Shown piece after piece: positions 39,389 through 50,242 of a stretch of DNA of 64,000 bases. The stretch spans positions 61,380,001 through 61,444,000 of the forward strand of contig NC_042998.1 in assembly GCF_006345805.1 (NCBI RefSeq), written 5' to 3'. The first letter of the stretch is position 1, and each line of letters begins with the position of its first letter. The DNA comes from Octopus sinensis. Its lineage: Eukaryota. A program made the translations under genes and the position numbers. The notes under the pieces were generated by a model that was not told the origin of the DNA, did not search any database, and was given only the letters and a program-made list of their open reading frames with translations.

Positions 39389-39474
39389 GGACCTGCACAT
39401 GTTTCAACTGCAGCAACTGCACACTGTTGGATATGCAAGCTAACATCATGGTTGGTGCTGTTTCATCAGGGTCC
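39389..39474 (-). ncRNA. Hammerhead motif (U16.1C variant) inside an inverted repeat 39310-39520
   Basis: GGACC-CUGAUGA-AAC..GUU-GAAA-CAUGUG-CA-GGUCC; flanks GGAGATTTTTCACAT / ATGTGAAAAATCTCC. Confidence 0.6.
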
Positions 39475-39578
39475 TTCATGAATGTGAAAAATCTCCATTC
39501 TCCATGTCATTATTAATATAATATATATATAGATATATATATATATATAAATATATATATATACACATATAAATATAT

Positions 39579-39640
<62 letters not shown>

Positions 39641-39904
39641 CCTCAAGTACAGGACAGCACCAATAAGTGAAAAATACGTAAACACATAATGAGAGAGGCT
39701 TCTTTCAGTTTCCACCCACCAAATACATTTTCAAGGCTTTGGTTGGCCTGAGCTAATAGTAGAAAACACTTGCTCAAAGTGCCACACAATAGGACTGAAC
39801 CTGGAATCATACGGTTGAGAAGAAAACTTTTTACCACACAGCCATGTCTGTGCCTACAAGGAAATTTTCCAGTATCTCTGAACAGCGTCTGCATTTCCAG
39901 CATT

Positions 39905-39933
39905 TCTGTCTGTCTATCTATCTATCTGTCTAT

Positions 39934-39985
<52 letters not shown>

Positions 39986-40020
39986 GTCTGTCTGTCTATA
40001 TATCTATCTATGTCTGTCTG

Positions 40021-40105
<85 letters not shown>

Positions 40106-40144
40106 GTCTGTCTGTCTGTCTATATATCTATCTATGTCTGTCTG

Positions 40145-40183
<39 letters not shown>

Positions 40184-40351
40184 GTCTGTCCGTCCGTCCG
40201 TCCGCCCCCCCACCCCCACCCCCATCCATCCATCCATCCATCCATCCATCCATCCATCCATCCATCCATCCATCCATCCATCCATCCATCCATCCATCCA
40301 TCCATCCATCCATCCATCCATCCATCCATCCATCCATCCATCCATCCATCC

Positions 40352-40393
<42 letters not shown>

Positions 40394-40405
40394 TTATCTA
40401 TCTAT
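39905..40405. repeat. (TCTA)n/(TCCA)n tetranucleotide microsatellite
   Basis: Directly visible. Confidence 0.97.
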
Positions 40406-40784
40406 AGATACACAAGCACAAATACACATATTCACATGCATATATATGCGTTTACACAAATTATAGCCATCACTCACAAGAGGGCTACAACTTAGAAGCA
40501 TGTATCAAGTAGATGCCCATTGTTTCAGATGTCTCTGTCATTGTGAGCAGACATTGGCACTCTATCGCATTTCCACCCATTATCCAAAGGAACATCTAGA
40601 TGTGACAGCCGGCGGGAGAGTTGGCTGTCGCCGTACAAAGCTGGTAATTACCTTAATCTGAGTCAACTGGAACAATGTAAAATGATATGTCCTGTTGAAG
40701 GGCACAACAAGCTGCCCCGTCTGGGGATAGATCCTACAATCTATGATTGTCTAACTAATACTATAACAGCTAGACTGCATGATC

Positions 40785-41335
40785 TCACACTCACTCATTC
40801 ACTCACTCACCCACTCATTCACTCACTGATTCATTCACCCAGTCACTCACCCACTCATTCATTCACTCACTCACTCATTCACCCACTCAGTCATTCATTC
40901 ACCCACTCACTCACCCACTCACTCACTTATTCAGCCAGTCACTCACCCACTCATTCATTCACTCACAGACTCATTCAGCCACTCACTCACTCATTCACTA
41001 CTCACCCATTTATTCATTCACTCTCTCACTCAGTCACCCACTCATTCATTAACTCACTCACACATTCACCCATTCACTCATTCACTCATTCACTCACTCA
41101 CTCACTCATTCATTCACTCACTCACTCATTTATTCACTCACTCACTCACACATTCACTCACTCATTCATTCACTCACTCACCCACTCACTTACTCACACA
41201 CCCACTCATTCACTCACTCACTCATTCACTCACACACACACTAACTCACCCACTCACTTACTCACACACCCACTCATTCACTCACTCACTCATTCACTCA
41301 CACACACACACACACTAACTCACTCACTCACTCAT
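40785..41335. repeat. Degenerate (CACT/CATT)n microsatellite
   Basis: Directly visible. Confidence 0.95.
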
Positions 41336-41513
41336 TTTGTAAGTAAAACAAAAACGTACACATTTTTTATAGATATGTCACATGTCAAGAATATGGATTG
41401 TGGCATGTTTTATAACATCTTCAGGTGTGTTTCAGTGACTTTTAAATAAATATTAGCAAAATTTATTTTTACTTTTACAAAAGATGTGTATAAATGGAAA
41501 CGCTTGTGCTTAC

Positions 41514-41566
41514 CCACAATATTCAACTTTGAATACACCTGTCATGCTTAAAAACTCATGTTCCAG
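41514..41566 (-). CDS. Adhesion GPCR exon D (SEA-like domain)
   Basis: ctattgcAG / GTaagc, 53 nt, phase 0-2; LEHEFLSMTGVFKVEYC-G. Confidence 0.75.
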
Positions 41567-41747
41567 CTGCAATAGATGGATAAATATAACTGTTATTAAA
41601 TACATGTAACTCCAGCCAATTGTGACAAGTCGTATATTAGTTTGTTCACTAACACACACACACACACACACATAAAAACATACACACGTGTATATACACA
41701 CATATAAATATATTTATGTATATACATACATCATGCATATATGCACG

Positions 41748-41770
<23 letters not shown>

Positions 41771-41778
<8 letters not shown>

Positions 41779-42270
41779 ATATTTCGGGATGGTCATATTG
41801 CCAGTTTAGCCAATAATATCACACGCACTATATATTTGGTGTTATTTTGCTTCAGTGTTATTTATTTTTTACATTAATCTTAATCTTAATCTTATTTCGG
41901 CCAGAGTTATTTCGTCACACTCCTGTGACCGCATCAGTGGTCCTTTGTTTTCTTCTTTCTTATTTGTGTCTCTCCTTACTAACCGTCAGCCATTTTGGCT
42001 GACGATTGGTAAGGAGAGACACAAATAAGAAAGAGAAAACAAAGGACCACTGATGCGGTCACAGGAGTGTGACGAAAGAACTCTGGCCGAAATAAGATTA
42101 AGATTAAGATTAATGTAAAAAATAAATAACACTGAAGCAAAATAACACCAAATATATGCGTGTGTTTTTATTGGCTAAACTGGCAATATGACCATTCCGA
42201 AATATAACAATATCTGTTTCAACACACGACTTCACATAAAAAATCTTGCACACAACAAATATTTAAACGT
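41771..42270. mobile_element. Palindromic Penelope pLTR-like element in (TA)n with two hammerhead-like motifs
   Basis: About 220-bp inverted arms (41771-42213) with a 3-4 nt loop; motif CCA-CUGAUGC-G-GUCAC-AGGAGU-GUGAC-GAAA-(G/U)AAC-UC-UGG at 42044-42088 (+) and 41899-41943 (-). Confidence 0.7.
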
Positions 42271-42394
42271 ATATATATATGTATATATATATATATAGAT
42301 ATATATATATAAAGTTAATCCAAACGTGAAAAACACAACAACGCGAGGACGTGGAACAAGTATAGTGTTTATGGACGCTCAAGAAAGAAGGAAG

Positions 42395-42429
42395 GTTTAA
42401 CGTTTCGAGCAGACCTCTTCATCAGAAAC
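42395..42429 (-). ncRNA. Minimal hammerhead ribozyme motif
   Basis: GUUU-CUGAUGA-A-GAG-GUCUG-CUC-GAAA-CG-UU-AAAC; truncated relative at about 43015-43035. Confidence 0.65.
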
Positions 42430-42712
42430 ATAGGAGAAGGAAAGATCTAAAGAAAGGGAAGACAGAAGAAAAAAAATCGCCTACGGTACACATTTTGAAT
42501 GCAATAACTGTTATTAAATACATGTAACTCCAGCTAAATGTGACAAGTTGTATATTAGTTTGTTCACTAACACACACACAAACGCACACACACACACACA
42601 TAAAAAAATACACACTCACACAAAGAGAGACTCACACACACGTGTATATACACACATATACATGTATTTATATATATACATACATCATGCATATATGCAT
42701 ACATATATGCAT

Positions 42713-42783
<71 letters not shown>

Positions 42784-43377
42784 CACACACACACATCTGC
42801 AATCAAGATGTAGAAATAGCGTACTCCAAACAATTCCATGAATTAGGTACTCCAAAGCCAGTCGGAAGGATGGTGGTGGTGGGGGGAATCTGTGTGAGTG
42901 TGCAGTAAATAGTTAATATAAAAAACAGAGAAAAAAGGACAACACGAAGAAACAACAATGCAAGGACGTGGTACATGCAAAGTATTAATAAGACGCTCAG
43001 GGAAGGAAAGAAAGGGTGTTTTACATTTCGAGCAAAGCCTGTTGAAGGCAGTTTTCTCTTGTGTTTAAATGTACACTATTTTATATTGAGAATATGTTGT
43101 CTATTGACTTTTTATACATGATAGGCCACTTGTAGTGAAATTTCTAAACTCACTACCTTATATATTTTACGTATATGTTTTTAGCAATTTTTTGAAAGAT
43201 TAATTCGGCAGTTACTCATTGACTGCCGAATGAAACTGCGCTTGCGCGGTGAATTTGAAGAATTATTATGTATAATGAAGAGACTCGTGTTAATTGTCTC
43301 TTAATTATATGTTAGTGTTATGGTGTGGTCACTGATGAAAAATTCGCCTAGTAAATTATTTGTCAGTTTTGGCAAGG

Positions 43378-44642
43378 TTTTTACAGCTGGATGCCCTTCC
43401 GAACACCAACCACATTACAGTGTGGACTAGGTGCTTTTAAGTGGCACCTGTACTGACAGGGTCACCAAGTACTTGCCAGGCAAAAACTTTGAAGAGGGGA
43501 GGAGGCATTGGAGGAGGTGATGAGGAAAAGGTTATAGTGAGTCAGATACAGGTGTCTTGCTGAAGAGGAAATATAAGTTTACCCAGCTGGAGAAAGAAAG
43601 AACGGGGATGAAGAGAGAAACAGGTGTGCTACCGCAAAGAAAATACATGGTTGTCCATAACTGTTTCAACCGAGGAAGGCTTATGTAATGGATGTATTTC
43701 CCATTTCATATTACCCAAACCTGAAACGTAGGTATTAAATGATTTCAAAATATCGTTATTTGGTTTGACTTCATTATTACGTGTGTATGTGTGTGTGTGT
43801 GCGTGTGTGTGTATGTTCGCGCACGCGCACGTATTAGTTGTAATAGATATGCATTAATTGTAATAAACCTAAGAAAGTGTACACATTGTACATTTAGCTG
43901 TAATAAGAGCCTGTCTGGGTTTGACAGAGAAAAATTAGGAGCTCTCTTTTAACATAAAACCTTCGATTAAAAACAAAATGGATTCAGAACAGTGTTTTTT
44001 ATTAGTCAACACAAATCTCGGATCCAGTGAGTATTTGAGTTTCACCTTGAAAGTAAATGGCGATGGTTGTCATTCACTTTGTGCAGTCCACTGTATGCTT
44101 AAGTCTGAATGTATTCATATGTTTGAACAAATTCTATATATATATATACGCTCTCTGTATGTCACTATATACATACAAATGTGTGAATGTATGTACAGCT
44201 AAGTAATGTAAATACACATACATACCTATTCATTTCTACTCTAGGCACAAGGCTCGAAAATTTGTGGTAAGGGGATAGTCAATTAGATCGATCCCAGTAT
44301 GCAACTGGTACTTAATTTATTGACCCCAAAGGGATGAAAGGTTAACTTTTTTCTTTGCAGTATTAAACCTTTGCATATATTTTCTTTGTGAAAGTACACC
44401 TGTTTCTGTCTTCATCCTTGATCTTTCTCTCTCTGACCAGGTAAACTTATACTTCCTCTTCAGCAAGACACTTGTATCTGTCTCATTATAACCTTTTCTT
44501 CATCACCTCCTCCAATGCCTCCTCCCCTCTTAAAAGTTTTTGCCTGGCAAGTACTTGGTGACCCTGTCAGTACAGGTGCCACTTAAAAGCACCTAGTCCA
44601 CACTGTAATGTGGTTGGTGTTAGGCAGGGCATCCCACTGTAA
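43378..44642. repeat. Inverted repeat, about 255-bp arms (43378-43630 / 44392-44642)
   Basis: Long near-identical core, e.g. CCAACCACATTACAGTGTGGACTAGGTGCTTTTAAGTGGCACCTGTACTGACAGGGTCACCAAGTACTTGCCAGGCAAAAACTTT and its reverse complement. Confidence 0.9.
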
Positions 44643-44953
44643 ATCTCCTGCCAAAACAGTCACAGAACCACAGAAGTCTGGTGCAGGTTTCAGCCTGGCC
44701 GGCTCTTGTGGTACCATCCTATCCATGTGTTTCGCACTTTTTTATGTAACAACATTTTTTTATAATACATACACATGAACTATTATAAATATAGGTGTAG
44801 GTATAGTTGCATTGTTAAAATGTGCGTTTCAAAACACCATGGTTACGAGTACAGTCTTACTGCCCAGCACCATGGGCAAGAGTCTTTAACAATAGGCCTG
44901 AGTGCATTGTCAATAAATTTGATGGACAGAAACTTTGCGAACATATATACACT

Positions 44954-45012
<59 letters not shown>

Positions 45013-45560
45013 ATGTGTATGTATGTGTGTGTGTGTGTGTGTGTGTGCGCGCGCACGCGTGTGTACGGAAATGTCAAACAATGAAAATGAGTGCTCAACA
45101 CCGCATTGGTGGATGTAATTTCTCTATTTGTGAATTATGGCTACCATTGGTTTCATGTTTAAAAAAGGGTGGAAAATATCCTAGTGTCTTAATTTTTCAA
45201 GCTGGTCATATGGAGAAAGGTGTTCACCTCCATTTTGGAAAACAGTGTGTATGTGTATGTATATATATGTGTAAGTGTATGCATGTATATGTTAGTGTGA
45301 GTATCTCTTTGTGTTTGTCTCTTTTTGTATCATGTGTTTATGGTGTTTGCTTACATTCTTGTAACTTAGCAGTTCAGTAGGTAAGAGAGCCAATAAAACA
45401 AGCACCAGCCTTTGAAATTAATACTAGAGGTAATTTTATCGACTGAATTCCATTAAAGCAATGCCCAATTATGGCTGTAGTCTAATGATTGAAACCAGTA
45501 AAAGAGTAAAAGTTTATACAGAAGGAGAAGATAAAAGTAAGAAGTGAAACAGTTACTCAC

Positions 45561-45649
45561 AGATCTGGATATGTTTTCATTTAACGGTCGGTTCTGGCTC
45601 CCAGAAGTCATTGAGTAAATCAGATGGAATTCCAAAATATTGTGCCACC
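45561..45649 (-). CDS. Adhesion GPCR exon C (start of SEA-like domain)
   Basis: ttccatAG / GTgagt, 89 nt, phase 1-0; (G)WHNILEFHLIYSMTSGSQNRPLNENISRS; phases match exons B and D. Confidence 0.75.
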
Positions 45650-47391
45650 CTATGGAAGAATATAAAAAACAGAAGAGAATCAATGAGATATAAATGAGAT
45701 CCATTGAAGATATAAATATAAAGTAATTGCTGCAAAGTACATTTAAGATTTATAAGTTACTATTGAGTCTTACTTTTGAATAAGCAATGCAACATTCTCA
45801 CTTTTAAGTTTATTGCCATGCAGTTTCTATAGAATTCCAAGCCAGCACTGCAAGTTACGACGTTTAGTATACAAATACATTTTTGTAAACAATGCGATCG
45901 AAGATAAAGAAAATAAGTATTGGATGTACATACATATTTCCAGGGTTATTGCTCTTTCATCAGCACCACTTCCCACCCTTTAGCTATCCACAAACACATT
46001 GTTAAAATACCCAATAAACCTGGAGGTGTAAGACTATTGGATAGACCAATTTACATATCTGACACATTCCTGGTGACTCGTATGTACATATTAATCATTA
46101 GCAAGGACACAATATTTTGTTCTGCAGCTAAAATATACTACCAGATCTAAACATAAATATATCTATGATAACAGTCATCATCATCATCATCATCATTTTA
46201 ACGTCCGCTTTCCATGCTAGCATGGGTTGGTCATTTGACTGAGGTCTGGCAAACCAGATGGTTGCACCAGGCTCTAATCTGGTCTGGCAGAGTTTCTACA
46301 GCTGGATGCCCTTCCTAACACCAACGAATCCGAGAGTGTAGTGGGTGCTTTAACGTGCCAGCGGAACCAGGGCCAGTCAGGCGGTACTGGCAACGGCCAC
46401 GCTCAAATGGTGCTTTTTACATGCCACCTGCACCGGAGCTAGTCCAGCGGCACTGGCAACGACCTCACTCGAATGTTTTTTCATGTGCCAGTAAGGTGAA
46501 GCTGGTAACGATCACGCTTGAATGGTGCTTTTTACGTGCCACCAACATGGAAGCCAGTCAGCTGCTCTGGCAGCAATCAAGCTCGGATGGTGCTCTTAGT
46601 ACTTTGGTAGCACGGATGCCAGTCAACGAATTGCTCTTAGCACTCCACTAGCACGGATAACAGTGTGGTGAATAATGCAGAGAGAAGGGAAGCAGTCAAC
46701 AGATTCAGTACACATAAAACTGACAAGTGCTTGAGCACCATACAATTCAATTTTTCTGTCAGCCATAGGAGAGAGAGAGGGAGAAAGAGAGAGAGAGAAA
46801 GAGTACAGAACTGTTAGAAATGTGGGAAGTTAGTAAAATGTTGATCAGTCTATATTACATTCTTTAGAAATATAGTATTACCATTAATAGCTGTTAGTAG
46901 GTAAATGAAGTAATTAATAACCTTTACGCTGTGTGGTACAAGTGGTGGGAATATTGGGAAAATGGCTAGTGTTTTATACATTGCAAAGCTGAATTCAATG
47001 CCTAGTGTTGATTATATTATGGAGAAAATCAGTGTCATTGCCCTACGTACATTTATAGTCTGATGAAGTCATCAATTATGAGTTCTGTATTAACCATGCT
47101 TTGCACCCTATGCAAATTTCAGTGAGGAATTACGATCCTGTGTCGACACGATACATACATGCAACTTACATACTGAACCATGCATATATATATTTCTTTT
47201 TTTTTTTTTGCTGGTTTCAGTCATTTGACTGTGGCCATGCTGGAGTACAGCCTTTACACGAACAAATTGACTCCAGGCCTTATTCTTTCCAAGCCTAGTA
47301 CTTATCCAATCAGTCTCTTTTGTTGAACCACTAAGTTTCAGGGGATGTAAACAGACCAACATGGTGAGGGGACAAGCACAGACACACAAAC

Positions 47392-47431
<40 letters not shown>

Positions 47432-47473
47432 GAAAGAATGGAGTCGAACGACGATTTAACAAAATTCTTTTAT

Positions 47474-47554
47474 TCTCGACACATGTTTCGAAGACTGCAT
47501 ATTCTCAATTCCGAAGGAATAAAGGGTGCATTATGCCATCTTCTCATCAGGAAA
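47474..47554 (-). ncRNA. Type I hammerhead ribozyme motif (mirror copy)
   Basis: Reverse-complement arm: CUGAUGA-GAAGAU..GUCUUC-GAAACAUGUGUC-GAGA. Confidence 0.78.
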
Positions 47555-47640
47555 GACAAGGAACTTATGTCAGCATCATGACGAACAAAAAGTCATCTAA
47601 AAGTTTTTGTTCATCATGATGCTGACATAAGTTCCTTGTC

Positions 47641-47721
47641 TTTCCTGATGAGAAGACAGCATAATGCACCCTTTATTCCTTCGGAATTGAGAATATACAG
47701 TCTTCGAAACATGTGTCGAGA
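47641..47721 (+). ncRNA. Type I hammerhead ribozyme motif, canonical core
   Basis: UUUC-CUGAUGA-GAAGAC..GUCUUC-GAAA-C-AUGU-GUC-GAGA; GUC cleavage triplet at 47715-47717. Confidence 0.8.
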
Positions 47722-47949
47722 ATAAAGGAATTTTGTTAAATCGTCGTTCGACTCCATTCTTTCATTTATCTATAGTAAAAAAACACACAAATTTCCACAC
47801 GAATGCACATGATTTCTGCCCTTGGCATGTAGCTTCAACCGTGCTTTCTGACGAGAATTTGCTACCCGAATTATCCATACTAGGATAATTCATTCAACTA
47901 CTTGAACATATATATATATATATATATACATATAAATATATATATATAT

Positions 47950-48475
47950 TTTTGGGGAGCTTGTTTCAGCTCAAAGGTGCAGCCATGCTGATGCACTGCC
48001 GTTTTGTGCTACGCTGTTATTACGAAGAACCTCTTCTAATATGTGGCACTTGGTGAAGAATGGAATTTGACAAAGCTATTCACATTTGCACCTCTTGCCA
48101 TGAGGTAGGTTCATCTGGGACTCTCGACAGGAAGATGTCCAGCTTTGATTTAAAAACTGCTACATCTACTTTGTGCAAGTTCCTCAGACTCTTTGGGAGA
48201 ATATTAAAAAGCTGTGGGCCATTGAAACCCAGGCTGTTGCAGAAGCTGGTCCTGAAGCGTGATGGCATTGTGGGGATCTTTGGCACTATGCAGTGTCGTC
48301 CCGTTCTAGCATTGGTGTAGCTTACAATGCCAAAATTTGGCACAATTCCTTCCAGGAACTTCCAGACATATATTACTGCATACCTCTCCCGTCTTCTCCC
48401 TAGGGAGTAGAGTCTTAGCTGTTTCAACCTTTCCCAGTAGCTGAGCTGTTCCAAAGAGACGATCTTCTTTGTGAA
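47950..48475 (-). mobile_element. CR1/L2-group LINE 3' fragment
   Basis: LSYWERLKQLRLYSLGRRRER..GPQLFNILP..FKSKLDIFLSRVPDEP; a related remnant lies at 33280-33450. Confidence 0.8.
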
Positions 48476-48504
48476 TCTATATAAATATATTATATATATA
48501 ATAT

Positions 48505-48537
<33 letters not shown>

Positions 48538-48619
48538 ATATACATATCTATTTATATATATACATTTATATACTTAGATTTATATATATATATATATATA
48601 TATACACTCTTTCTCTCTT

Positions 48620-49005
48620 TTCTCTTTTACTTGTTTCAGACATTTGACTGCGGCCATGCTGGAGCAGCGCCTTTAATCGAGCAACTCGACCCCAGGACTT
48701 ATTCTTTGTAAGCCCAGTACTTATTCTATTGGTCTCTTTTGCCGAACCGCTAAGTGACGGGGACGTAAACACACCACCATCGGTTGTCAAGCAATGCTAG
48801 GGGGACAAACACAGACACACAAACATACACGCACACACACATATATATATACATATATATGACGGGCTTCTTTTCAGTTTTCGTCTACCAAATCCACTCA
48901 CAAGGCTTTGGTTGGCCCAAGGCTATAGTAGAAGACACTTGCCCAAGGTGCCACGCAGTGGGACTGAACCTGGAAGCATGTGGTTGGTAAGCAAGCTACT
49001 TACCA
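48620..49005 (-). mobile_element. Young copy of major tRNA/CORE-like SINE
   Basis: CpG-rich copy, near-identical to the inverted copy at 58190-58512. Confidence 0.85.
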
Positions 49006-50132
49006 TACATGAAGGTTACGCTGATTACTACGCACAAAATAAAAAAATGTAAAATGTTTTGTAGATTAGGTAGGCATAATTCGCCCCTGCTTTTCAATGT
49101 CAGTATTAAGGCTATGCATAGAACTGCTGTAGTACATGTGCTGTGTACATTCCTACAAAAACATTTTCTTTATGTGCTATAAAGCCCGAAGTGATTCTGC
49201 CTCCAACTCAGTCGCGTGCCTGTGTTTTGCTTACTTTTTTGTGTTTTTTACTACATAAATGTCACCGTCTGCCTACCCTGAGTAATTACTGGTGGTGCAT
49301 GCCTGATTTGTGTGTATGACAGAGATAGAAATCCATGCTTCTGAAAAGTTATGGTCATTGTTATTGAATAACAACAGGGCTTTGATACTTTAACTTTTCC
49401 TCTGATAAAAAAAAAATAATTGTCCTAATTAAAAATGTGGTGGAGTATCTATGCGTCCTCAAAGTCCATTCCCTCCTCACAGTGGTGGGGATGCTGGCAA
49501 CAGGTAGTGTCAGAGCTATGCCGTCGGGAACTTCGGTTCCTGGTAGGGCCACCCAAGGCGGATTGGTCTGACACCGAGTGGTATTATGGCCACAACCCAG
49601 CAGACAGGGCTCTGGTGAAAATCCTCGGAGTGTCTGCTTCGTGAACTAGCAGCTCTTGGTCATTCTGTCCCTGTGTCTGCGGACGATCTGCAGCAAACAG
49701 GATGTTTCCACATGCGGGATTGTAGGGGACCGCTTGTGAAATCCACATATTCCCACGAATATATATTTATATATATAAAATGAGATAGGGATTGAAAAAT
49801 TCAACCCACCATGGGATAACATATATCCAATATACTGCTAGATAGGTACCCAACAAGACTAATACATAGATGTTAAAAATTGCCAAGCAATTAGTTCATC
49901 TATTGTATTATATGGGCAAAGGTAATAATATTACCGTAAATTAATACTACAAAATTAGAAAATGGAGAAACATACTTAAATCAATAAAACATCAACAATC
50001 AGATGATACCCAATCAATACTTTATTACACCATTACATATCAGTAAAGGCATTATACAAAATATAAAGTAAATATAAATAGACAAGGAAATAGAAATATA
50101 AAATATAAAATATAATATGTAATTATATCATA

Positions 50133-50242
50133 TCTGACAGTTGTTTCGGCAGTAAGGGCAGTCATACCTCATTTAACCTATAAGTCATAAAGGCAGGTAT
50201 AAATGAGGCATTAACAAGGATGCCCCACGGCCTCTTCAGAGA
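50133..50242 (-). ncRNA. Hammerhead ribozyme motif with long stem II extension
   Basis: UCU-CUGAAGA-GGC-[GGGCA..CCUCAUUUA..UAAAUGAGG..UGCCC]-GCC-GAAA-CAACUG-UC-AGA; lies in an AT-rich element of about 1 kb (49775-50775) bounded by (TA)n. Confidence 0.8.

Larger units (their letters stand above)
47428..47908. mobile_element. Palindromic Penelope pLTR-like element in (TA)n
   Basis: About 163-bp inverted arms 47428-47590 / 47604-47768 plus unique tail, flanked by (TA)n. Confidence 0.75.

Noticed and set aside
38450-41449. Long ORFs (poly-Ile, LSIY and HSLT repeats)
   Set aside because: Stop-free translations of microsatellites
45927-46130. Possible extra exon or hammerhead on the minus strand
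   Set aside because: Stops in all three frames after the AG; CUGAUGA..GAAA is present but stems I and II do not pair convincingly
47058-47100. CTGATGA as a hammerhead core (also at 43332)
   Set aside because: No GAAA after a closing stem II and no stem I partner
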